DNA from: a virus
Direction: 5' to 3' (one strand)
DNA: 64,000 nucleotides
Virus record (IMG/VR): IMGVR_UViG_3300008448_000002
Coordinates: 64,001 to 128,000 of that record
Numbering within the stretch: position 1 is the stretch's first letter; each line of letters begins with the position of its first letter. The translations under genes and the position numbers were made by a program. This document shows positions 44,538-52,906 of this stretch, piece by piece. The notes under the pieces are model-generated. The model searched no databases. It saw nothing but the letters and a program-made list of their open reading frames with translations, and was not told the DNA's origin.

Positions 44538-45980
44538 TTAAGTTATTTTAATTCTTTTGGATGAATATCTATTTGTTATAACTTGTTTTACTTCTTTCAA
44601 TATATTATCTTTATTATCTGTTATTCTTTTGATTTTGATATCATTTGATATTCTTTGATAATTAATGTCATCACAAGAAAGATTAAAAACAAAATTATTG
44701 TATTCATTATTTTTCAATATTATTGTGGTTTTTATTGTAATGTCATTGTAATTTATGTCATATTGTTTTGCTAAATCATGTTCAAAATCTAAGAGAATGG
44801 TGATATTTGATGATGATTCGACTTCTGGCACAGAATATTTTGGTAAATTATCTCCATTTATTCTAAATATAAAACAGAATAAACTAAAGTTTATATCTAA
44901 ATATATCGGATTTATACTATCATTTAATATTTTATTATCACTTTTTATAGTATTTAAAACATCTCTTAGAGTTAAATCCTTGAGATTTTTATAATTGATG
45001 TTGGTGTTGTTGAAATAATTTCTTATGATATAATCAATCTCATTATATCCTTGCCCACCGAATGTATAGTCGTTTCCTCTGTATTTTTTAAAATCGTCTT
45101 TATTGTCGAATATTTCCTCCACTTGGTAATCAACCGCATCGGGAGACAAGAGTATTTCTTTTTGACTCCAGAAGTTCAAATTGGGAAGATTTCTGAAATC
45201 GGCAATAACGATTGATGGGTCTGTTATCTTGTATTTTAATAATATATAAAATCCATTCTTTTCATCTTTTACAAAGTCTTGGGGATTCATGAACCCTTTG
45301 GCAATTGATTTATCGGCACTCCAACTCGATATTTTAGTAAACCTTACTTTAGGAAAACTTCCCACATACCATTTCTTCAAAAACTTATCTCTATCTTTAA
45401 TTTTCGCTCCATCATAGAATAATCCCCTATACACATATGTGGGTAAGTTTTTTTCGTCAACTGTTAATTTTCTTAAATGACTCCATGCGTTCGGGTCAAC
45501 TTTATTTTTTGCCATCGAAGTATATTTTATAATTTCTTTTATTAATTCTTTATATGAGTCTGTCTCATATCCTTTATGAAGAGAATCTTTTGATAATTTT
45601 TTGTCTTGATAACTGTTTTTGACATTTCTTATAGTTATGTACTGTATTATATCTTTTTTCAATTTTTCCCAATTATCAATTATATATCGTTTTACCTCAT
45701 TACTGATGATATGGTTATCCTTGATAAACAGTTCGGCGGTACTAATTATGTTTGTATTTTTATTAATAATATCAATAGGTTTGTTAATTCCGACTATTAA
45801 TCCTGACCATTTGTTATTAAAATAATCTATAAATGACTTATATTTTTCATTTAACTCAATATTTGTTGGGTTTAACACTCCTCGTTTATCAACCCCGCCA
45901 CTTTTGAAGTCTGTTTTCTTTAAATTACTTGGATTATTTTTATAATAATCTTGTATTTTATTTAGTTCTACTAATCTCAT
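44538..45980 (-). CDS. ADP-ribosyltransferase-like protein (R-S-E clade), late-expressed
   Basis: YVYRGL (R), ISSWS (S), SQKEILL (QxE). Starts MRLVE; TATAAATA on the minus strand at 46035-46042. Confidence 0.7.
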   Translation of the reverse strand: MRLVELNKIQDYYKNNPSNLKKTDFKSGGVDKRGVLNPTNIELNEKYKSFIDYFNNKWSGLIVGINKPIDIINKNTNIISTAELFIKDNHIISNEVKRYIIDNWEKLKKDIIQYITIRNVKNSYQDKKLSKDSLHKGYETDSYKELIKEIIKYTSMAKNKVDPNAWSHLRKLTVDEKNLPTYVYRGLFYDGAKIKDRDKFLKKWYVGSFPKVRFTKISSWSADKSIAKGFMNPQDFVKDEKNGFYILLKYKITDPSIVIADFRNLPNLNFWSQKEILLSPDAVDYQVEEIFDNKDDFKKYRGNDYTFGGQGYNEIDYIIRNYFNNTNINYKNLKDLTLRDVLNTIKSDNKILNDSINPIYLDINFSLFCFIFRINGDNLPKYSVPEVESSSNITILLDFEHDLAKQYDINYNDITIKTTIILKNNEYNNFVFNLSCDDINYQRISNDIKIKRITDNKDNILKEVKQVITNRYSSKRIKIT

Positions 45981-46078
45981 TTATTTATTACCTAAATATG
46001 TCTATTGACATCATTCAATTTACATCCTATAGTATATTTATAATAATTTGGTAACTAAATAATATCACCGCAAGGTAG

Positions 46079-46615
46079 ATGATTAGATTGCCCATCAATA
46101 GAACCATTTTTATGAACATTTTTATTTCTGATTTATCCCCAATAGTTTCTGCCCAAAATCTCGATAATAAAAGGGTTGTTAAAATGGTATTAGAAACCGC
46201 ACAGTTGCTTTCTACTGCTATTGAATCATATACTCAATATCCTCCTACATTATTATATAAACCAACGCATATAAACCATCCTATCACAAAATGGTGTCAA
46301 GAAAATCACGATAATTTTTTATGGGTATATAATCATTTTCTTGCTTTATGTGACGAATATACATATCGTTTTCAAAAACCACATAAAACAATTGTACAAA
46401 TTAAACCATTATTGGAAAATATAATTATTAATAATGGTAATTCACCGACAAATTATCAAAATAGTGCCAGACATAAAGAAAAAGGTATTGACTTTAGTCA
46501 TGAACCTGATATAACAATAGCATATCAGAAGTATCTTAATGCGAGATGGAAAACTGATAAATTAATACCAAAGTGGACACGGAGAAATCCCCCATCTTGG
46601 AAATACGAAATTTAA
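46079..46615 (+). CDS. Pyrimidine-dimer DNA glycosylase (DenV-like family); probable start MNIF
   Basis: MNIF.SD..P..SAQNLDNKRVVKMVLETAQLLSTA, YKPTH.NHP..KW, W...H..ALC.EY..RF.K.H. Confidence 0.8.
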   Translation: MIRLPINRTIFMNIFISDLSPIVSAQNLDNKRVVKMVLETAQLLSTAIESYTQYPPTLLYKPTHINHPITKWCQENHDNFLWVYNHFLALCDEYTYRFQKPHKTIVQIKPLLENIIINNGNSPTNYQNSARHKEKGIDFSHEPDITIAYQKYLNARWKTDKLIPKWTRRNPPSWKYEI

Positions 46616-46619
46616 AATA

Positions 46620-46856
46620 ATGGAACAAAATATGACTACACAATTAAAAACTATTCCCGTAGAATCAACAATGATTGAATCTATTGTATATAATACTCAA
46701 GAGAACGTTCTTGTTGTTGATTTTAAAAACGGTACAAAATACACATATGAAAATGTGCCATTGAATGAAGTTGAAAATCTTGAGACAGCACAGTCAAAAG
46801 GTAAATACCTCAATGAAAATATCAAAGGTAAATATACTTTTACAAAAACTCAATAG
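46620..46856 (+). CDS. KTSC domain protein
   Basis: PVESTMIESI.Y......L.V.FKNG..Y.Y.NVP......L..A.SKGKY.N.NIKGKY. Confidence 0.9.
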   Translation: MEQNMTTQLKTIPVESTMIESIVYNTQENVLVVDFKNGTKYTYENVPLNEVENLETAQSKGKYLNENIKGKYTFTKTQ

Positions 46857-46864
46857 GTAAACTC

Positions 46865-47023
46865 ATGATTTACGCATTAAATGCCTTAATTATCACACTA
46901 TTCTTTTATGTTATTAATTATAGGTTACTTCCAAGAATTAGTAAACTAGAAGACCGAATTAAAGTATTAGAGAGTCATAATGGCATTTCTAATACTGGAA
47001 CAACTTTTGATGAATTTATTTAA
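46865..47023 (+). CDS. 52-aa membrane-anchored hypothetical protein
   Basis: Manual translation MIYALNALIITLFFYVINYRLLPRISKLEDRIKVLE... Confidence 0.5.
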   Translation: MIYALNALIITLFFYVINYRLLPRISKLEDRIKVLESHNGISNTGTTFDEFI

Positions 47024-47028
47024 TTACC

Positions 47029-47424
47029 ATGCCACAGAAAGCATTTGATAATTGGATTCATTCGATGATTTCAGGGGATGTTAGTAGGATTGTCTCGTTA
47101 TATAATGATGATTCAATTCTACTACCAACCTTTTCTCATATAATTCATGAAACAAATGATAAAAAGATAGAATATTTTAAGGCAATATCAACCTTACAAA
47201 ATCTTTCTATTGTTGTAAAAGAACAATATGTTCAGGTATTTGACAATTTTGCTACTATAAGTGGTATATATACTTTTATCCATGATACAGTAATCCATAC
47301 TGAAATAAACGCTAGATTTACATTTGTATATTTATTAAAGGATAATGAGTATAAAATAGTAAACCATCATTCTTCACCTTTATCGGGTGAATTGAGCAAC
47401 AGTAGTTTCAAGGATTTTAATTAA
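47029..47424 (+). CDS. SnoaL/NTF2-like (DUF4440-type) protein
   Basis: W......GD...I..LY.DD..LLPT, SGIYTF, ARFTFVY, IVNHHSS. Confidence 0.8.
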   Translation: MPQKAFDNWIHSMISGDVSRIVSLYNDDSILLPTFSHIIHETNDKKIEYFKAISTLQNLSIVVKEQYVQVFDNFATISGIYTFIHDTVIHTEINARFTFVYLLKDNEYKIVNHHSSPLSGELSNSSFKDFN

Positions 47425-47817
47425 ATGTTTAACTTCAAAAAACAACAAGATAATCCTAGAATTGTATTAAAAGATGGTATATTAAAGGAAGAGGATATTT
47501 TCGCAAAAAGAAAACCTAATGGAAAATATCATGAACCTTGGAAAATAGCATTACTAGAACCCGAATGTAAAGAAATTGGACCATATGGATATTCTGACTA
47601 TTTGGGTGCTACTGTAGCTGTCCCTAGAACAAGTTCTTTATTTTCTGCCAGCACTCATTATGTAAAGAGGGCAGTAGTGGCGGTAAATGCCTGTCAAGGA
47701 TTATCTAATGAGGCATTAGAAGATGATGTAATAAAAGAGATGATAGATTATCTAAAGAAAATAGAAAATAAAGACGAAACAGTATTAAACATTTTAATTA
47801 AATTAGAGAGTAAATAA
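47425..47817 (+). CDS. Hypothetical protein
   Basis: ORF track; operon coupling. Confidence 0.6.
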   Translation: MFNFKKQQDNPRIVLKDGILKEEDIFAKRKPNGKYHEPWKIALLEPECKEIGPYGYSDYLGATVAVPRTSSLFSASTHYVKRAVVAVNACQGLSNEALEDDVIKEMIDYLKKIENKDETVLNILIKLESK

Positions 47818-47999
47818 TGTCACTTAAAAACTTTGAAGTTGTTACTATTGATTTCATGAGTAGTAAAACAGTATATGTCAATGGTTATGATGAAGATAAT
47901 GTAACAACCGTGATATGTGAGTTATCCACGGAAAACCCAGAACTTGATTTATTATATGCTAATAAAATTGTCAATTTATTAAACATGGAGAGAAAATAA
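47817..47999 (+). CDS. Hypothetical protein
   Basis: ORF track; TAATG overlap. Confidence 0.55.
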   Translation: MSLKNFEVVTIDFMSSKTVYVNGYDEDNVTTVICELSTENPELDLLYANKIVNLLNMERK

Positions 48000-48376
48000 T
48001 GTCAGAATTTTTACCCGTTGATGAGGCAAAAAAGAAACGAGATTTTTGGTTTCATTTTGATGGACCAGATTTTTCCTACAAAGACGATGATGGATTTTAC
48101 CACTATATCATTCATGGGAATGATGGTAAGCCTTATGTGGATAAATTAAAGGGCTTAAATGCTGTATATTTTCACCACTATTATTTTGAAGATTTTTTAA
48201 TTTATGAAGATGAAAATAAATATTTTCATTTATTAAAAGGTGGAAGAGATTTATTATATGGTAAGAAAGCCATTAGATGTTATAGTCCAAAATCATGGAA
48301 TTATGAATATATGACAGAGGATGGCGAATATTATATTATTGATAGAAATGAAAAACATATTAAAATAGAAAGATAA
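47999..48376 (+). CDS. Hypothetical protein
   Basis: ORF track; TAATG overlap. Confidence 0.6.
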   Translation: MSEFLPVDEAKKKRDFWFHFDGPDFSYKDDDGFYHYIIHGNDGKPYVDKLKGLNAVYFHHYYFEDFLIYEDENKYFHLLKGGRDLLYGKKAIRCYSPKSWNYEYMTEDGEYYIIDRNEKHIKIER

Positions 48377-48379
48377 TTT

Positions 48380-48850
48380 ATGTCAAAGTTTAAAGTTGGC
48401 GATGTCGCAGTATTTTACAAGATACAAAGAACAGATGTATTTGGTTCTTTGGAAAAATTAGACTTCACTCTTGTTTTTATTTCAAAGGTTGGTAGAAACT
48501 AAGTCATCACCCACCTAGGTCAGCGTTTCATAAGTAATAAAAATATGTGGTTTTCGGAAAAACATGTATGGGAACATGACAATGAGTATATTCTTGTTAA
48601 ACCTAGTGAAATTAAGAAAAAGTTTATTGGGCGCGGCCTTGAATTGTGGAAGAAATACAAAAAAGAAAGCCTTGAAGACAGAATAAAAAATGAAATTAGA
48701 AAAAAAATAGAAGACTCTGGTTATAATCGGCGGGGCTATGACGAAATGATGATAGAAAGAATCAACTTTGAAATAAATCCAGAAATACTTAAAGAACATA
48801 AAGATGTTATTAAAGAAATTATTAAAGAAGAAGGATGGGACAGTGACTAA
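48380..48850 (+). pseudogene. ~156-codon gene interrupted by one in-frame TAA (48500-48502)
   Basis: ATG at 48380 (MSKFKVGDVAVF...SKVGRN*) reads on in frame as VITHLGQRFISNKN into the 48545-48850 ORF. Confidence 0.55.
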
Positions 48851-49028
48851 TAACAAAAAATGTCCCTATTGTAATAAGAAAATCATAGGGCATCCTAATA
48901 AAAAGTTTTGTAATCAATCGCATAAGGATAAGTATCACAATAATACAAATCCAAGAGGTTATTATAAACATCTTAAAGAAAAAGACTACGATGAAGATTC
49001 TAGTTGGGATGCCCATAAAAGTTATTGA
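48843..49028 (+). CDS. Small zinc-finger-like protein (GTG start)
   Basis: KKCPYCNKKIIGHPNKKFCNQSHKDKYHN. Confidence 0.6.
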   Translation: MTNNKKCPYCNKKIIGHPNKKFCNQSHKDKYHNNTNPRGYYKHLKEKDYDEDSSWDAHKSY

Positions 49029-49059
49029 CAACTTATAACGATATGATTTAATATAAAAA

Positions 49060-49995
49060 ATGACTAAAATAAATAATATTTGTAACAATTTATGGGAAAT
49101 AGAAGAATATATTCCAAAATGGGTTAATAAGACAGACATAAATCTTGACCAATTTTTCACAAGCGAAAATACAGCCAATAGTTGTCTTGAATCATTAATT
49201 CAACAATTAAATAAAGATAGTAAAAAAATTGACGATTACATATTTATAGAACCATCGGCAGGTATGGGTTCATTTTATGATATACTTCCACTAGATAAAA
49301 AGATTGGAATAGATGTTGATAAAATAAGAGATGAATACATACACATTGATTTTTTATCATGGAAACCTGAACCGAATAATAAATACATAACAATTGGTAA
49401 TCCTCCGTTTGGTAATAGGTCATGGTTGGCACTATCTTTTATAAATCATGCCGCCAAGTTTTCTGATTATGTTGCCTTTATTTTGCCAGCGGGATTTCAA
49501 AGTATAGGAAAAGGAAGCCTACAAAATAGAGTTAATGAGGTTAATCTAGTATATTCTGAAATATTGCCGCAAGAAAAATTTGTCGATAAATCAGGAAATA
49601 CTAGAAAAATAAACTGTGTCTGGCAAATATGGTCTAAAGAAAAGATTGATACAGTGATTAAGAAGACCTGTAATGAGTATATTGAACTTTTTACCATATC
49701 CAATACAAAAGACAGAATATGCGGATTCAATAAATTAGAAAAAGCAGATTATCTACTACAACGCTCATATTTCGGAGAATGTACTCCAAAATTGGTGAAA
49801 ACATTCGATGAAGTAAAGTATGGATGCGGATATGGAATAATTATTCATAAAAATAAAAAAGAAATAACAGAAATATTGAATAATGCGAATTGGAATAGAT
49901 ATAGTAATCTTTCTTCTACCCACTGTAGGCATATAAGTATGTATCATATACAGAATTGTCTTATTGATAATGGATTTGTTGACCAAGAAAAATAA
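49060..49995 (+). CDS. Solitary SAM-dependent DNA methyltransferase (N6-adenine type)
   Basis: DQFFT, FIEPSAGMGSF (motif I), IGNPPFG (motif IV), AFILP. No restriction partner nearby. Confidence 0.85.
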   Translation: MTKINNICNNLWEIEEYIPKWVNKTDINLDQFFTSENTANSCLESLIQQLNKDSKKIDDYIFIEPSAGMGSFYDILPLDKKIGIDVDKIRDEYIHIDFLSWKPEPNNKYITIGNPPFGNRSWLALSFINHAAKFSDYVAFILPAGFQSIGKGSLQNRVNEVNLVYSEILPQEKFVDKSGNTRKINCVWQIWSKEKIDTVIKKTCNEYIELFTISNTKDRICGFNKLEKADYLLQRSYFGECTPKLVKTFDEVKYGCGYGIIIHKNKKEITEILNNANWNRYSNLSSTHCRHISMYHIQNCLIDNGFVDQEK

Positions 49996-49998
49996 TCA

Positions 49999-50053
49999 TT
50001 GACAACCTAATTTTTTGTGATATTCTCCTTGTATCAAAGAGGGAATTATCCCT
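49999..50053 (+). promoter_or_regulatory. Early sigma70 promoter with conserved leader (copy 4)
   Basis: TTGACA-N16-TATTCT...ATCAAAGAGGGAATTATCCCT. Confidence 0.75.
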
Positions 50054-50071
50054 TAATAAAGGAATATCGTA

Positions 50072-50314
50072 ATGTCAAAAACAATCACAACGATGGATGG
50101 TTTTAAGAAATACATTAAAACATTAACAATAGAAGAATTAAATGACTACGGCAAGGATTTAGAACAAAAAATTAAAAACGCTCGTAGTCCTTCGGTTAAA
50201 CTAGGATATGCTATGGGAATAGATGCTATATTTATTGAAATAGCAATGCGAGAAGTTTCTCAAGAATCATTAGAAATGTCTGATGATGAATTACTCGCCG
50301 AATTACTATCATAG
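50072..50314 (+). CDS. Hypothetical protein with an acidic C-terminus
   Basis: ORF track; SD AAGGA; ends MSDDELLAELLS. Confidence 0.65.
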   Translation: MSKTITTMDGFKKYIKTLTIEELNDYGKDLEQKIKNARSPSVKLGYAMGIDAIFIEIAMREVSQESLEMSDDELLAELLS

Positions 50315-50332
50315 AATATAAAGGAATATATC

Positions 50333-51010
50333 ATGAAACAAATTACATTAAGCGGATTGGCAATAGGGCTTACTATTATGACAATCATTTGCTCAATCGG
50401 TGCGGCTTTAATTTCACTGTTTTTAGGCGATTTTATAGCTTTTCTTACACTTCAAGAGCCTCCTTATAATTTTTTGTTTGCGTTGTCTTTTTTAATTCTC
50501 TGTACATGGTTTCTTTATGGCTCTGTAAAAAAGGATGAAGCCATAAAAGAATATTTGCTCTATAAAACCAGGAATCATGAAAAAACTATTAGATACTTAA
50601 AGGCAGATGAAAAATTATCTAATCACTATAGGTCTGGAACGGTTTATTGTGGCGGAAGAGATTTAAGTAATGGAAGAAGAGTTTCAAGAGATGAATCAAG
50701 AGAAATATCAAACTATTACTTTGAAAGAGAAAACAGAATTAAAACAGAATATGATGAAAGCTATGTTGACTGGCTTAGATTTGTTGAATCTCGTGGATAT
50801 AAAGGGTTTATAAAAAGATATATTGATAGAAAAATCAGTTATTATAATAATAAACAAAAACGAGAAATCAAAACAAAGAAAGAAAAGGAAAGAATAGAAG
50901 AGTTTGAAAGAAAGACCACACTAGATGTTTTTAAAACGCAAGAAAATTATGAAAAATGGCTACATGCGAGTGAAGACGAACGCATTTCAATATTACGAGC
51001 ACTCAATTAA
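50333..51010 (+). CDS. Membrane protein (two N-terminal TM helices)
   Basis: Hydrophobic segments in about the first 62 aa; charged C-terminal region. Confidence 0.65.
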   Translation: MKQITLSGLAIGLTIMTIICSIGAALISLFLGDFIAFLTLQEPPYNFLFALSFLILCTWFLYGSVKKDEAIKEYLLYKTRNHEKTIRYLKADEKLSNHYRSGTVYCGGRDLSNGRRVSRDESREISNYYFERENRIKTEYDESYVDWLRFVESRGYKGFIKRYIDRKISYYNNKQKREIKTKKEKERIEEFERKTTLDVFKTQENYEKWLHASEDERISILRALN

Positions 51011-51045
51011 TCAAAGTCGTTTAGTTTAAACAAGGAAAACCTATT

Positions 51046-51222
51046 ATGACACATGAATCAAAAACCACTGTTACGATTGAGATTGAATTACTCAAAGAAT
51101 TACTAAAAATAGCAAAAGAATATCATTCGGCTCTGTATCATGATAGGCAACCATATTGTGTGGTTAGTAGAAATTTAAATGAAATAACAGAAGAAGTCGA
51201 AAATTTATTGTATAATAGTTAG
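51046..51222 (+). CDS. 58-aa hypothetical protein
   Basis: Manual translation MTHESKTTVTIEIELLKELL...; SD AAGGA. Confidence 0.5.
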   Translation: MTHESKTTVTIEIELLKELLKIAKEYHSALYHDRQPYCVVSRNLNEITEEVENLLYNS

Positions 51223-51230
51223 GAAAAAAT

Positions 51231-51389
51231 ATGACACAAACAGTACAAGATTTAATTATTGAACTATCGCGGTTTAAACCCGAAACAGTAATTACTCCAA
51301 TGGTAGAAAACACTACTGTAAAAGTATTATATAACAAGGAAGATGAATCATCCGTATATATTGTCCCAATCTACAATGGAGAAAAATAA
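51231..51389 (+). CDS. 52-aa hypothetical protein
   Basis: Manual translation MTQTVQDLIIELSRFKPET...; SD AGGA. Confidence 0.5.
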   Translation: MTQTVQDLIIELSRFKPETVITPMVENTTVKVLYNKEDESSVYIVPIYNGEK

Positions 51390-51688
51390 TGAGTGATAGA
51401 CATGTGCTTAAATTGAAAGTTGTTTTTTCATTTATTATTTGTATAATTTTACCAACATCATGTATGATTGTATTAACAAATCAAAAAATGACATTACAAG
51501 AACATATAAAACAAGAATCATCGAAACTTTATAATGTAAAATGTTATTCTGGGGGAGAAGTCATAATTGATGATACTGCCCAAGGTAAACCCTATAATTA
51601 CGGATATGGGGTATATAAATGGATATCAAGTATAGATGGTCAAGATAAAGAATGGGCTGGACCGTGTATTGCGACTTTAATAAAATAA
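51389..51688 (+). CDS. Membrane-anchored protein, CYSG family paralog 1
   Basis: TM helix plus VKCYSGGEVIIDD...G.Y.W.S..DGQ...W.G.C. Confidence 0.75.
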   Translation: MSDRHVLKLKVVFSFIICIILPTSCMIVLTNQKMTLQEHIKQESSKLYNVKCYSGGEVIIDDTAQGKPYNYGYGVYKWISSIDGQDKEWAGPCIATLIK

Positions 51689-51691
51689 CAA

Positions 51692-52033
51692 ATGAGAAAA
51701 CTAAATTATTATCATATAATAAGGGAACAGAATATGTTTGAAAAAATATTAAGTCTTTGTGGAATGGTTTTTATTATCATAACGGCACTGTTTTTAGTGA
51801 AATGTAACAAAGACTTAAACGCTGATATGAAAAATCTTCAAGAGCGACAACTTAAAGAATCAAAAGAAATACACAGTTTAAAGTGCTACTCAGGTACTAT
51901 GCTACTCCTCGAAGACACGTCTATTGGTCAAGTTTTTGAAGCAGGTGGCTACCAATGGGTTTCAAACACCACGGGCGAACGGAGATACTGGAACGGCGTT
52001 TGTGTTGTAAAATACATTGGGAGTAAAGAATAA
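51692..52033 (+). CDS. Membrane-anchored protein, CYSG family paralog 2
   Basis: TM helix plus LKCYSGTMLLLEDTSIG...G.YQW.S..TG...WNGVCVVK. Confidence 0.75.
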   Translation: MRKLNYYHIIREQNMFEKILSLCGMVFIIITALFLVKCNKDLNADMKNLQERQLKESKEIHSLKCYSGTMLLLEDTSIGQVFEAGGYQWVSNTTGERRYWNGVCVVKYIGSKE

Positions 52034-52341
52034 TGGAAAAGAACGGTTTTCATCATAGACCCTATAATTTTTTTACTAGCTGGTTTGTGGTCACAAGCAT
52101 GATATTTTTTTGTATACTTGGGTTTGCCTTTATTTATGAAGAACAAACAGGGCAATTAAAGCAACGTAAAGAGAAAGAAAAAGTAATTCATAGCATTGAA
52201 TGCTATTCAGGAAACTTATTGCTCCTAGAAGACATCTCCATCGGTATAGTAGGCGATGTGGGAGCTTATTCTTGGACTTCAAAAATAGATGGTCAAGAAA
52301 AACGGTGGAATGGTGTTTGTGTTGTAAAATTATTGAAATAA
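52033..52341 (+). CDS. Membrane-anchored protein, CYSG family paralog 3
   Basis: TM helix plus IECYSGNLLLLEDISIG...GAYSW.S..DGQ..RWNGVCVVK. Confidence 0.75.
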   Translation: MEKNGFHHRPYNFFTSWFVVTSMIFFCILGFAFIYEEQTGQLKQRKEKEKVIHSIECYSGNLLLLEDISIGIVGDVGAYSWTSKIDGQEKRWNGVCVVKLLK

Positions 52342-52346
52342 CATTT

Positions 52347-52429
52347 GGGGACATGGCGGAAAGGTATACGCGAACGACTTAAAATCATTTGGTTTTTAAC
52401 TGGGGGATTCAAATCCCCTGTCCCTACCA
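52347..52429 (+). tRNA. tRNA-Leu(TAA), second copy
   Basis: GGGGACA/TGTCCCT acceptor; loop CTTAAAA; long variable arm; T-loop TTCAAAT; CCA. Confidence 0.85.
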
Positions 52430-52437
52430 TTTATATT

Positions 52438-52647
52438 ATGAAAACTCTTACAATAAACTCGTTAGTATATAATTATTTGATTGAACGTGTGATAACTTCA
52501 GATTTAGAATCCATTGTTATTGGACATGATGATTTTATTATCGACAGCTTTAACTATGGGATAGGGGGTTATTTTAACACATATTCTATAGCATTATACA
52601 ACGATGAACAATACAGAAAACCAACAATTTTTAAATTTAAATATTGA
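52438..52647 (+). CDS. Small hypothetical protein (MKT-like start)
   Basis: True start is probably ATG 52438 (MKTLTINSLVY), because the track start at 52345 lies inside the tRNA. Confidence 0.55.
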   Translation: MKTLTINSLVYNYLIERVITSDLESIVIGHDDFIIDSFNYGIGGYFNTYSIALYNDEQYRKPTIFKFKY

Positions 52648-52851
52648 TAAATGATATTGTATTTTTATTCAAGGTAATATATATAGTATTTTAATGAATA
52701 CCGATGATGAACAGACAACAAAAAATTATTTATAAATGATTATACTGGTGATATAAGTAAAATGGCAAGGATATGATTGTGGAAAAAATTATTTATAGAT
52801 GGACAAAATAATTGTTGACTCGGTAGATATAGAATGATAGTATATTTATAG

Positions 52852-52880
52852 AATAAAAGAAAGGGGCTTTATGCCCCTTT
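52852..52880 (-). terminator. Terminator after the major capsid gene
   Basis: Stem AAAGGGGC/GCCCCTTT (52860-67/52873-80) with a U-rich tail on the minus strand. Confidence 0.8.
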
Positions 52881-52906
52881 CAGTAGAATAGAAAGTAGTA
52901 AAATGA

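Noticed and set aside
49060-49995. Restriction-modification system
   Set aside because: No endonuclease is adjacent; it is a solitary protective methyltransferase, which is common in phages.
52345-52437. N-terminal part of ORF 52345-52647, and ORF 52200-52382
   Set aside because: They overlap a well-formed tRNA-Leu or a real gene. The real start is probably 52438.
52690-52820. Short repeated AAAAAATTATTTATA with broken reading frames
   Set aside because: Low-complexity AT-rich sequence, at most a decayed micro-gene; no supportable call.
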